Made by a program: the position numbers and the translations under genes | The notes under the pieces: model-generated | The model's input: the letters and a program-made list of their open reading frames with translations, nothing else | Told to the model about the DNA's origin: nothing | The model's database searches: none | Shown here: positions 47,618 through 56,325 of the stretch, piece by piece | Layout: the number at the start of each line of letters is the position of its first letter | Position numbering within the stretch: position 1 is the stretch's first letter | Source of the DNA: a virus | IMG/VR virus record: IMGVR_UViG_3300005573_000060 | Span: 32,001-96,000 of that record | DNA: 64,000 nt | Reading direction: 5' to 3' (one strand)

Positions 47618-47801
47618 ATATCATCCAAATTATAATGAAAATAATTATAGTTGGCCAGAAAACTCTCAATATATTTTGATAAATTTTTAAAAATTTTTCT
47701 TTGTTACATGATTTAATAAAACACAAATCTATAAATAGAAATTCTACTAGTATTGTTACTATTATCAAAATAAATATTAATATAGTTAAAAACTTGATCA
47801 T
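47601..47801 (-). CDS. Small membrane protein
   Basis: Two hydrophobic segments. Confidence 0.45.
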   Translation of the reverse strand: MIKFLTILIFILIIVTILVEFLFIDLCFIKSCNKEKFLKIYQNILRVFWPTIIIFIIIWMIYEATL

Positions 47802-48461
47802 TTATTCTAATATTAATCCTATTCCGGATATATTTCTAATATTCATATTAATTTCATTTTCTCTAAAAGTATTTCTTAGATATGTTATATAAACATCCAT
47901 GCTTCTTTTTGTAAAATAATCTGTTTTATGCCATACTTTTTCTAAGATAATATCTTTTTTTACAGTACTCTTATAATTTGATGAAAGTACTTCTAAAATT
48001 CCGCCTTCTTTTATGGATAGTTTCTTTATTTCTTTGTTATTATGATAAAGAGTTCTATTTGATGGGTCATAAACACAATCTCCAAACTCTATTTTATCGC
48101 CAAGCTTTGATGTAAGTCTTTGAAGAGTGTTAAATGTTTTAGTGTACATATTTACGTTATACAATACAACTTTAACAAGATCGTTATAATCTGTAAAATA
48201 TGGTATTACTATATCTACTCCTCTTACAATATTTGAACTTGCATTTTTAATAAAAATTACAGGAACATAAGGATAAAATCTTTTTACCGAATCAACTATC
48301 TTTTGCGTATAATTTGAATCTAATATAATGTATGCATCAACATCATCTTCCAATTTCTTCAAACTATCCACTGTTAAATTTATAACATGATAGTTTGGAT
48401 CTTTATAGTCTCTAAAAGTATTGAAGAGTTCTTGGTTTTCTGTATGTACTGCTATTTTCAT
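47802..48461 (-). CDS. OmpR/PhoB-family winged-helix regulator (RprY-like) with degenerate receiver domain
   Basis: KLSIKEGGILEVL, ILEKVW, RSMDVYITYLR, IRNISGIG. Confidence 0.85.
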   Translation of the reverse strand: MKIAVHTENQELFNTFRDYKDPNYHVINLTVDSLKKLEDDVDAYIILDSNYTQKIVDSVKRFYPYVPVIFIKNASSNIVRGVDIVIPYFTDYNDLVKVVLYNVNMYTKTFNTLQRLTSKLGDKIEFGDCVYDPSNRTLYHNNKEIKKLSIKEGGILEVLSSNYKSTVKKDIILEKVWHKTDYFTKRSMDVYITYLRNTFRENEINMNIRNISGIGLILE

Positions 48462-48480
48462 ATTCCATGTAAAATTTATA

Positions 48481-48560
48481 TGTAAATATAATCAAAAACT
48501 CTGAAATAAAAAAATTTTGTTAAATTTTTTTTAATTTTTAAATTGTTAAAGTTTTGTTAA
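48481..48560 (-). promoter_or_regulatory. Promoter of the regulator gene with TTAACA-N5-TTAACA box
   Basis: TATATTTACA at 48481-48490; TGTTAA at 48518, 48544 and 48555. Confidence 0.65.
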
Positions 48561-48899
48561 AGAATGATTATACTTTTTCTTAACTTCTTCTATGTGTTTA
48601 CAATGCTTTCTAAATCCAAACCCTACGCACGTACATGACCAGATTCTTCCATCGAACATAACTCTGTACTTTTCTCCAGTTTTACTAGAAGTAACATATT
48701 CAATTATTTTGCGTTTTTCTTGTATTACATCATTATTTGAAGTATTCGGAGCAGATTCTTTTATCCAATTTCTTTCAACTTCTTCAAGAGTAGTTTCCAT
48801 AGGCACTACATGCCACCCTGGAACTACATATTTAACACCATTTATAATTACTAAGCCTGGAGGTATGAAAGATTTAAATGTAACTTTATCGTTACTCAT
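48546..48899 (-). CDS. SWIM zinc-finger protein
   Basis: YRV..WSCTCVGFGFRKHCKHI. Confidence 0.8.
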   Translation of the reverse strand: MSNDKVTFKSFIPPGLVIINGVKYVVPGWHVVPMETTLEEVERNWIKESAPNTSNNDVIQEKRKIIEYVTSSKTGEKYRVMFDGRIWSCTCVGFGFRKHCKHIEEVKKKYNHSLTKL

Positions 48900-49194
48900 T
48901 TTTACTAAAAATTAAAAATTTGTATTTTCCACATTCCCATATAAAGGATATAGGATCTCCATTTAAATCTCTAGTGAGCCCAACATATCTAAAGATATTT
49001 TCTTCATTTCCATCTTTCACTTTAAATTCAAATGATAGATCGTCAATTCCATTCTCAAATCCAGCATTCTTTAAATCAAAATCTGAACAAGAAAAGGCTG
49101 AATTCTGATTATCAAATGCAAGATTTCCCCTTTTATCCGGGCGATACATATTGCTCATTGAGCACTCTTCTCTATTAATATTTATTGTTATCAT
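48892..49194 (-). CDS. Hypothetical protein
   Basis: 100-aa ORF. Confidence 0.5.
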   Translation of the reverse strand: MITININREECSMSNMYRPDKRGNLAFDNQNSAFSCSDFDLKNAGFENGIDDLSFEFKVKDGNEENIFRYVGLTRDLNGDPISFIWECGKYKFLIFSKNE

Positions 49195-49415
49195 TAGAAT
49201 AAATCTTTAATTTTGTTAAAAAATTTTATAATGAAGAAAATGATAAAAAAGGCTAAAATAATGACAATAACAAAAAAACTTGAAAATAAAGACCCGATCG
49301 AAAAGCCTTCTTCGAACCAGGATTGTATTTCCGAGTATATAAAGAGTAAAAACAAAAAGGCGAAAAACATGTATACTAAACATCCACTGCCGCCATTATT
49401 ATCATTTGTTCCCAT
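49194..49415 (-). CDS. Small two-helix membrane protein
   Basis: GCLVYMFFAFLFLL and FFVIVIILAFFIIFF. Confidence 0.55.
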   Translation of the reverse strand: MGTNDNNGGSGCLVYMFFAFLFLLFIYSEIQSWFEEGFSIGSLFSSFFVIVIILAFFIIFFIIKFFNKIKDLF

Positions 49416-49434
49416 TTTGTTTAAAATTTAAAAT

Positions 49435-49605
49435 TTAAAATATCATTTTTATTACATCTATACAGAGTTTTATAAATAGAATTACAATTACAGTAGATAC
49501 AATTACAAGCAAGGGAGCGCTGCCTAAGATTATTGCTACAAAATATAAAACGCTAAATATTAGCAATATTATAAAGCTTATTAAGCATCCACCAAGTTTT
49601 TCCAT
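49435..49605 (-). CDS. Small membrane protein, paralog 3 (56 aa, not in track)
   Basis: MEKLGGCLISFIILLIFSVLYFVAIILGSAPLLVIVSTVIVILFIKLCIDVIKMIF. Confidence 0.6.
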   Translation of the reverse strand: MEKLGGCLISFIILLIFSVLYFVAIILGSAPLLVIVSTVIVILFIKLCIDVIKMIF

Positions 49606-49622
49606 TTTTCTTTATTTTTAAG

Positions 49623-49784
49623 TTAGAATAACATTTTTCTTACATCTATATAAATTTTTATAAATAGAAACATAAGTATAATTGAGTCAATTGCAAATAA
49701 AAGAATACTATTTAAAAGTGTTGCTACAAAAAATAAAATGCTAATCATTAGCAAATCTGATAAGTAACTATTAAAATTTTTCAT
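49623..49784 (-). CDS. Small membrane protein, paralog 2 (53 aa)
   Basis: MKNFNSYL...LFIKIYIDVRKMLF; ATG overlaps the upstream TGA. Confidence 0.55.
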   Translation of the reverse strand: MKNFNSYLSDLLMISILFFVATLLNSILLFAIDSIILMFLFIKIYIDVRKMLF

Positions 49785-49954
49785 TTTTCTACTTTTATTA
49801 TATGTATGCAAAGTTTTATAAATAGAACAATAATTACAATAGAAATAATTACAACCAAAGGAGTGTTACCTAAAGATTTCGCTACAACATATAAAATACT
49901 AAATATTAGTATTTTTATGAAATCTATTAAGCATTTTGCAATTTTTTCTTCCAT
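49781..49954 (-). CDS. Small membrane protein, paralog 1 (57 aa, not in track)
   Basis: MEEKIAKCLIDFIKILIFSILYVVAKSLGNTPLVVIISIVIIVLFIKLCIHIIKVEK. Confidence 0.6.
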   Translation of the reverse strand: MEEKIAKCLIDFIKILIFSILYVVAKSLGNTPLVVIISIVIIVLFIKLCIHIIKVEK

Positions 49955-50096
49955 TTTTATTTGTTTTTAACTTTGTAATGTAAATATAATAAAAATTTGA
50001 ATACGATGTACACTTTTTTAACATTTTTTTTAATGTTTTAGAGCATTTTTTTTATAAGTTGTTAATTTTTAATACTTTAAAATATATTTTTAAATA

Positions 50097-50131
50097 AAAA
50101 GACATCTGTGCATAAAATACAGATGTCTTTT
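50097..50131. terminator. Intrinsic terminator
   Basis: aaaagacatctgt / acagatgtctttt. Confidence 0.8.
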
Positions 50132-50164
50132 GACATATAGAGTTAACTTATAATTACTTAAATA

Positions 50165-50557
50165 CTAAAAAATATCCCAATTGATAACGTTTCCTTTTTC
50201 AAAGTATACTAAAATGTCATATGAGTTTTCTTCATGAATATCATTTTCTACTAAAAGGGATAAATTGGTTATGATATATTTTTTATTCACTAAAAATTGA
50301 ATATATTTTGGTTTAAGAGCTGGTGGGTAGTTTAGTTGATACAGCGCTACATTTATAGTTGAATCTGTAAAAAATTCGATATCAGATTTTTTTAGTTTAG
50401 AAGTAGCCGCGTCCGAAATATAATATGGTATAGAAAGTTTTTTTCTTTCTCCTATGTATATAGTTACTTCTCTTTTATTTCTGTGAAAAAACTTCTTCTT
50501 AATAAAATTAGAAAATTTATAAATAATATTTTCATTACGTGCATTTTGTGTTTCCAT
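50165..50557 (-). CDS. Hypothetical protein
   Basis: 130-aa ORF. Confidence 0.5.
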   Translation of the reverse strand: METQNARNENIIYKFSNFIKKKFFHRNKREVTIYIGERKKLSIPYYISDAATSKLKKSDIEFFTDSTINVALYQLNYPPALKPKYIQFLVNKKYIITNLSLLVENDIHEENSYDILVYFEKGNVINWDIF

Positions 50558-50576
50558 TTTTTACAATTTTAACATT

Positions 50577-50774
50577 TTATTTTACTCTCCTAACAAGATT
50601 ATGCTTTGATGCTTTAAGACCATAATAATTTATTTGTTCAGAGATATTTAAAATATCCATTACGTCTTCACTTATATTAATTTTTTTAATCTTAATGAGT
50701 TCATTGTTTTTTGAAAAATATACTCCATTTTCCTGAAGCTCATTAACTCCTAAAATTTTATCATCTTGATTCAT
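50577..50774 (-). CDS. Hypothetical protein
   Basis: 65-aa ORF. Confidence 0.5.
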   Translation of the reverse strand: MNQDDKILGVNELQENGVYFSKNNELIKIKKINISEDVMDILNISEQINYYGLKASKHNLVRRVK

Positions 50775-50785
50775 AATTTAATTGT

Positions 50786-50898
50786 TTAATGATTAATAGT
50801 AAACCTTTTCTTTATCTATTCAAGTGTACTTAAAGACACATCGTTAATATTAGTGCCATTTCAGGCAACCCTCTTATAAGTATCAAGTTTTTTTTCAT
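50786..50898 (-). pseudogene. Internally deleted P-loop kinase (AAA_33-like) remnant
   Basis: MKKNLILIRGLP joined out of frame to NGTNINDVSLSTLE*IKKRFTINH*. Confidence 0.5.
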
Positions 50899-51168
50899 AG
50901 ATCATTTTTTTAGAATTTTAATGTAAATATAATAAATTTTTTTGACACTAAAAAATTTTTAAGAATAAATTTTACAAAAATATTTCAGTAAAGAATTCTC
51001 GCTCAAGAGAGATTTTTCAATAATTCAAGAAATTCGCCCCCGAGTGTCTCGAGTCTCCTGAGAGTCCAGATATTCTAAGCTAAGCTCTAGATATAAATCT
51101 AGATCTATACCTTCCGGGGGGCTTAGGTACTAATTATATGGTTACTTTCGAAAAAGTTTCACTTTATA

Positions 51169-51243
51169 TGTTAAAGTTTTGTTAAAATTTTTTTAAGAAT
51201 AAATAAAAAAATTTTCTATTCAAGAAAATTTATTATATTTATA
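51169..51243 (+). promoter_or_regulatory. Early promoter with TGTTAA-N5-TGTTAA box
   Basis: TGTTAA at 51169 and 51180; TATATTTATA at 51234. Confidence 0.6.
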
Positions 51244-51250
51244 TACTTTT

Positions 51251-51406
51251 ATGAATATAAACTTTAAAATATTGCAACATAAAAACAGAAAATCCGCAAA
51301 AGAATCTGGGTTTTATGACGGAAGGTTTAGAACACGAAGAGTTACGAGCAAAAAGCATAAAATTTATCTAAAGTTGAGAAAAAATAAAAACATTAAAATA
51401 GAATAA
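51251..51406 (+). CDS. Small basic protein (51 aa, not in track)
   Basis: MNINFKILQHKNRKSAKESGFYDGRFRTRRVTSKKHKIYLKLRKNKNIKIE right after a promoter. Confidence 0.55.
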   Translation: MNINFKILQHKNRKSAKESGFYDGRFRTRRVTSKKHKIYLKLRKNKNIKIE

Positions 51407-51522
51407 TGTTTCAGTAGTTATGCGTTATATTGATATATCTGAAATATAGTAAAGTATTCTACGTTATTTAAAATAGTAACGTATGTTCTCTCTTTACAAA
51501 AATAAATAAAATAAAAGCTATT

Positions 51523-51747
51523 ATGATTACTAAAGTTGAAAAATTCTTTAAAAACCTTATAGAAAAGAATGGTCTCATAAAAATCATTATTTCTTATATA
51601 TTGTTAGTTGTTTCTATTGTATTATCTATAAAAACTGAAGGAACTGTTAGTGATATATTTAATATTGTATCTTTAATTTCTTTTGGATATTTGTTGTTAA
51701 CTACATTAGTAATGTTGATATTTGCAATAAAAAATATGATAAAATGA
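51523..51747 (+). CDS. Small two-helix membrane protein
   Basis: Two hydrophobic segments. Confidence 0.55.
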   Translation: MITKVEKFFKNLIEKNGLIKIIISYILLVVSIVLSIKTEGTVSDIFNIVSLISFGYLLLTTLVMLIFAIKNMIK

Positions 51748-52112
51748 CCTCTTTATTTATAATTATACTAGTTGGCATCTTAGATGCTATGATTGATACT
51801 TTATCTTTTCATTTTAGTAAATCTATTTTTTATAGATGGAAAGACAATAAGTGGGTTAATCCAGCTTTAAGTTGGAAAAATAAATGGAAAGATGAAAGCG
51901 CTACAAAAGAAAAGTTTTTTGGATCTAGTACTATATTTGTGTTTGTAACAGATCTTTGGCATTTATTGAAATTTATAATGATTGTATTGATATGCTTTTC
52001 TATTGTATTTTATACTCCTATTATAAATTGGGAGATAGATGCATTAATAGTATATTGTACTTATACAATAATAAAAGAACTATTTTTTAAAAAAATTTTA
52101 TCTAAAATATGA
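51744..52112 (+). CDS. Membrane protein
   Basis: Three hydrophobic segments; SWKNKW and TDLWH motifs. Confidence 0.55.
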   Translation: MTSLFIIILVGILDAMIDTLSFHFSKSIFYRWKDNKWVNPALSWKNKWKDESATKEKFFGSSTIFVFVTDLWHLLKFIMIVLICFSIVFYTPIINWEIDALIVYCTYTIIKELFFKKILSKI

Positions 52113-52456
52113 AAAACTTTATTTTATGCTTGTTATTTTTATTAACAATGGCTTCCTGTAATAAACATATTATGGTAAATGTTTATGAGAGAAACTTTTA
52201 TGATAAAGATGCAGCTGTATCAAATGTTTATTATAAGTTGCACGAATATGAAATGGATTCGATACCTCTTGATTTATGGATGAGAAACTATGTAGAATAT
52301 GATACTTTAAAGATAGAACAAAGAATGATAAGAAAAACTGTAAATAAAAATAGTATGTATGGTTTTGTTTTCTCTTCATTCTTGTATCCTTCAGTTAAAT
52401 ACTATAACTTTAAGATAATGTTTTCTGGAAATAAAAAAGATTACATAAAATATTAA
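52109..52456 (+). CDS. Lipoprotein
   Basis: MKNFILCLLFLLTMASC lipobox. Confidence 0.65.
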   Translation: MKNFILCLLFLLTMASCNKHIMVNVYERNFYDKDAAVSNVYYKLHEYEMDSIPLDLWMRNYVEYDTLKIEQRMIRKTVNKNSMYGFVFSSFLYPSVKYYNFKIMFSGNKKDYIKY

Positions 52457-52566
52457 TTTTTAATAACTTAATGAAAAAAATGCTCTAGGGCATAAATTTT
52501 TTCTTAGAAACGAGTACATTGTATTCGTTTTTTTATTATATTTACATTAAAATTTAAACAAAATAT

Positions 52567-53730
52567 ATGAACTATTTAATAACATATGAAGACGCTTTAA
52601 GAATAGTAAATGAGTATCATAACTTTAATTTTTATAAAATTGAGTTCAATCTATATGATTATAAAGTAGTTACATTCAACTATTTTATGTGTGAACCTGA
52701 GATGTTTAAAACTCCTTTAAAAGATTCTCCTGAAATCGATGCATACGATATGAGAGGCGTTACTTTTGTTTTCAATAAAGATGGGTCTCTTTTCAAAAGA
52801 TTTTTAGCGCTTCGTAAGTTTTTTAATATTAATCAAACAGAAATTACACAGTATTATAAAATTAAGAATAAAAAGATAAAGCACGTTACTGAAAAGTTTG
52901 ATGGTTCACTTATAGCATTTATGCGACTTCCCGATGGAAGAATATTCGCAAAAACTATAGGGTCTTTTATGAATGACCAAATCATAAATTCTATGAAAAT
53001 TTATAATGATGATACTCGTATTCAAGAATTTGTGAAAAAATCTTTAAGTGAAGGATATACTCCTCTCTTTGAATATGTATCATTTGATAACCGTATTGTT
53101 CTATATTATCCTCAAAGACAACTTGTTTTCATAGGTTTAAGAAACAATGTTGACGGAACTTTTATTTCTGCCTCAGAATTAGAATCATATGAAATTCCAA
53201 AAGTTAATGCTTTAAATAATGTAACTTTAGATGATCTCTTAGAGAAAGCAAAGACTAAAAAAGATATTGAAGGTTGGGTTGTAGAATTTGAAGATGGACA
53301 GATGGTTAAGATTAAAACTGATTGGTATCTTAATCTTCGTGGAGTTAGAACGGTTAGCATATTTCGTGAAGACTATATTATAAAAAATTATTTAGAAGAG
53401 ACTTTGGATAATGTAACTCAAAGTTTTGATATGGAGAAAGATTCTAATGTCTTTTCATTTATTGATATAGTAAAGAACTCTGTTAATAATTGGTCAAATT
53501 ACATAGATAAAAATGTTGATAGATTAGTATCTGAGTATTCTAAATATGAAAATGATTGGCCAAAGTTTGCAACAAATTATCATAAAGATCCTTTCTTTTC
53601 ATTGGCAAAAGTTAAGATATTTGAAGACAAAAATGAATATAGACGTAAAAAAGTTGAGTACATGTTAAAATGCACTAATAGGTTAAATAGAGCAAAGGAT
53701 ATAGTTGAAGAATTTAAAGCTGAAAAATGA
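52567..53730 (+). CDS. T4 Rnl1-like RNA ligase
   Basis: Motif I TEKFDGSLI, FEYVS..NRIVL.Y, motif IV EGWVV, motif V MVKIKTDWY. Confidence 0.9.
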   Translation: MNYLITYEDALRIVNEYHNFNFYKIEFNLYDYKVVTFNYFMCEPEMFKTPLKDSPEIDAYDMRGVTFVFNKDGSLFKRFLALRKFFNINQTEITQYYKIKNKKIKHVTEKFDGSLIAFMRLPDGRIFAKTIGSFMNDQIINSMKIYNDDTRIQEFVKKSLSEGYTPLFEYVSFDNRIVLYYPQRQLVFIGLRNNVDGTFISASELESYEIPKVNALNNVTLDDLLEKAKTKKDIEGWVVEFEDGQMVKIKTDWYLNLRGVRTVSIFREDYIIKNYLEETLDNVTQSFDMEKDSNVFSFIDIVKNSVNNWSNYIDKNVDRLVSEYSKYENDWPKFATNYHKDPFFSLAKVKIFEDKNEYRRKKVEYMLKCTNRLNRAKDIVEEFKAEK

Positions 53731-53800
53731 TAAAAGAAGAAATTAAAAAGCTTACTGTAGATGGTTCATTTGAAGATTTTAAAATGAAATCGTAACTGTT

Positions 53801-54565
53801 ATGTTATTGACTAATTCACAGATGAAAGTTTTATTTCAATGTGTTGGAGGCGGGCCAATTGATAAAGCCAAAATTGTAGTTTTTGGAAATGAGCTTGGAA
53901 CTGCAGAAGGCGGAGGAAATACAGAAGCTACAATTAAAAAATTTATAGCAGATTGGACATCTTATGAAACGTTAAAAGTTGGAGAAGGTTTTGTGCCTCT
54001 TCATATTGGAAATTTGCCAGTAAACAGTATATTTTTACAGTGCATTAGTAGAATGGCATTAGCTATAAGATATAAAGATAATAGATTTTTTGATCAATTG
54101 TCACTTCAAGGGAAACTATTCTTAAATAAGTATATATTAGAAGAATTGTATCGAACAGAAACAGCAGTTATCAACTTAAAGCCTTTGCCTCAAAGCACTG
54201 AAAGACATTGGGACTATGAGAACATAGATGAAAGCAGATATAATAGTATGTTTAATTTTACTTTAAGAAATTCTCCAGATAGTCCATGGAAGCAATTAAG
54301 AGTTTCTATACTTAAAGAGGCTTTTAATATGGCAAAAAATGCATTAATTCTTGGAGCAGGAGATAAACATAATAAAAAGGCTTTTCTAGAAATGATATTT
54401 CCTGATATAAGTTTTAAATCTGTGAATCTTTCTGATAAAATACAGATTTATGTTTCTAATAGTCCAAAAATAGTACTATCCAATTACTATAGCTCTTACA
54501 CAGGATTGGGTTTGGATGGATTAAAGCTTTTATATAATTATATGTCAGAAAATGGTATAGTATAA
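53801..54565 (+). CDS. Hypothetical protein
   Basis: 254-aa ORF; no motif recognised with confidence. Confidence 0.6.
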   Translation: MLLTNSQMKVLFQCVGGGPIDKAKIVVFGNELGTAEGGGNTEATIKKFIADWTSYETLKVGEGFVPLHIGNLPVNSIFLQCISRMALAIRYKDNRFFDQLSLQGKLFLNKYILEELYRTETAVINLKPLPQSTERHWDYENIDESRYNSMFNFTLRNSPDSPWKQLRVSILKEAFNMAKNALILGAGDKHNKKAFLEMIFPDISFKSVNLSDKIQIYVSNSPKIVLSNYYSSYTGLGLDGLKLLYNYMSENGIV

Positions 54566-54582
54566 AAATAACGTTATTTATT

Positions 54583-54621
54583 GAAGAGAGATACAGGATC
54601 GTTCCTGTATCTCTTTTTTTT
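54583..54621 (+). terminator. Intrinsic terminator
   Basis: gagatacagga-tcgt-tcctgtatctc followed by a T-run. Confidence 0.85.
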
Positions 54622-54664
54622 GTTTATATTTTTAAAATATATAAATAAAAAAGAATGTCATTTC

Positions 54665-56317
54665 ATGCAATTTTCTAGTTTTTCTCGTACACAAAAAGAC
54701 TATACTATAACACTATACAACAGCTTTCCAATTAAAAATGTTAAGACAATCAAATATTATAGCGATAATGCGGTTGGAACATTTTCAAAGAAAGAGTTTC
54801 GTTGGTCATTTGACTCTGAACACTGGTCAGATTGGGAAAGCTTAAATCAAAGCTCTATTATAAACATAGATACAACAAATAAATATTTTTTATATTTACA
54901 AATTCAATATATTAAAGGTACTTCAGATTCAGATGTTTCTCAGTTCACATTAACATATGAAGAAGGGCCTAATATAAGTAATGCTCCTTCTCTTGTATCT
55001 ATACCTGTGCTGAATGCATCTACAGCGACACCAGTGAAAAGTGTAAAAGTATCTTCATCTTCATCAACTTCATCTTTTACACAATTCTCAAATTTTTTAC
55101 GCGTAGAGGATGTTTCTACTATATTATTATATAATGAAGACCCACTAGAGAACGTTAGTAACATAAGATATTATAGTGAAAATTTATCAGGAAGCTTTTT
55201 AAAGAAGGAATTTAGATGGTCTTTCAATAATGAATATTGGTCAAATTGGGAAGATTTGTCTCAAAATGCAGTAACTAGAATAAACACTAAAGATAAAAAT
55301 ACTTTATATTTACAAATACGATATACTAAGAGTTCTAATGATTCAAAAGTTAATCAATTTACATTACATTATAGAACATCTGAAATGTTAATGACAACAG
55401 TTTCAAGTGAATCAAAATCTACTAATATTATAGAACAAACTTCAAACGATGCATTAACATTAAATGGAAAAACTGGAGCCTATTATTTATCTAGAGCAAA
55501 TCATACAGGTAGTCAACCAATAGGCACTATATCAGGCTTACAAACAAAATTAAGTAATATTGATACTTCAATAAACAATGTTTATTCTTACACAAATTCT
55601 TCATTTATTACTTCATATACAAATCCAGGAAATAATAGAGTAATTACAAGCATAGATTCTAGTAGTATAAACGCTGAATCAAATTTATTGTTTGACGGAT
55701 CAATCTTAAATGTAATTGGTGAAGCTTCTATTTCTAGAAATTTATATGTAAATGGTAATATAGGAATTGGAACGAATAACTTAACATCAAAACTAACAAT
55801 AGATGGTGATGCATCAATATCAGGAACTATTACTTCACCTTATATTGATGGTTCATTAAATGCTTTAAAAATTAAAGACTCTAATATTGATACATCACTT
55901 AATACTTTATCAACAAAAATTCAAAATGTTGATGCCTCGATATCATCAATAATAAATAACACAGAAAGATACACTGGATTATCAATTGATGCCGGGCTTT
56001 CTGATATATCGACAGGTTCAAAGGGATATAAACAAATTGATTTTGATTGTGAGATAGCAGGCTGGACTTTATTGGCAGATACTTCAGGAAATATAGTAAT
56101 AAATATTAGAAAGAGCACTTATAGTGAATGGCCATCTACGACTAGTATAACAGGAACAGAAAAGCCATCATTAGTAAGTCAAATAAAAAATAGTAGTGAT
56201 GCGATTTCTACGTGGAATAAAATCTTAAATAAGGATGATATATTAGAATTTTATGTAGAAAGCTCAGATACAGTAAGAAAAGTTTGGTTTTTCTTAAAAA
56301 TGAAGCCGAGATACTAA
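54665..56317 (+). CDS. Virion structural/fibre protein with a duplicated N-terminal domain (start moved to MQFSSF)
   Basis: Two KKEFRWSF...WSxW domains, YYLSRANHTGSQ motif, DxS repeats; TATAAATA upstream. Confidence 0.65.
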   Translation: MQFSSFSRTQKDYTITLYNSFPIKNVKTIKYYSDNAVGTFSKKEFRWSFDSEHWSDWESLNQSSIINIDTTNKYFLYLQIQYIKGTSDSDVSQFTLTYEEGPNISNAPSLVSIPVLNASTATPVKSVKVSSSSSTSSFTQFSNFLRVEDVSTILLYNEDPLENVSNIRYYSENLSGSFLKKEFRWSFNNEYWSNWEDLSQNAVTRINTKDKNTLYLQIRYTKSSNDSKVNQFTLHYRTSEMLMTTVSSESKSTNIIEQTSNDALTLNGKTGAYYLSRANHTGSQPIGTISGLQTKLSNIDTSINNVYSYTNSSFITSYTNPGNNRVITSIDSSSINAESNLLFDGSILNVIGEASISRNLYVNGNIGIGTNNLTSKLTIDGDASISGTITSPYIDGSLNALKIKDSNIDTSLNTLSTKIQNVDASISSIINNTERYTGLSIDAGLSDISTGSKGYKQIDFDCEIAGWTLLADTSGNIVINIRKSTYSEWPSTTSITGTEKPSLVSQIKNSSDAISTWNKILNKDDILEFYVESSDTVRKVWFFLKMKPRY

Positions 56318-56325
56318 AATAAGTT

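Noticed and set aside
53801-54565. Uracil-DNA-glycosylase-like fold
   Set aside because: Only a vague N-terminal resemblance (VVFGNE.G); not enough to call without an HMM search
54581-54664. TTG start given for the 578-aa ORF
   Set aside because: It runs through a terminator and a TATAAATA promoter; ATG 54665 (MQFSSF) matches the MQYIF starts of its paralogs
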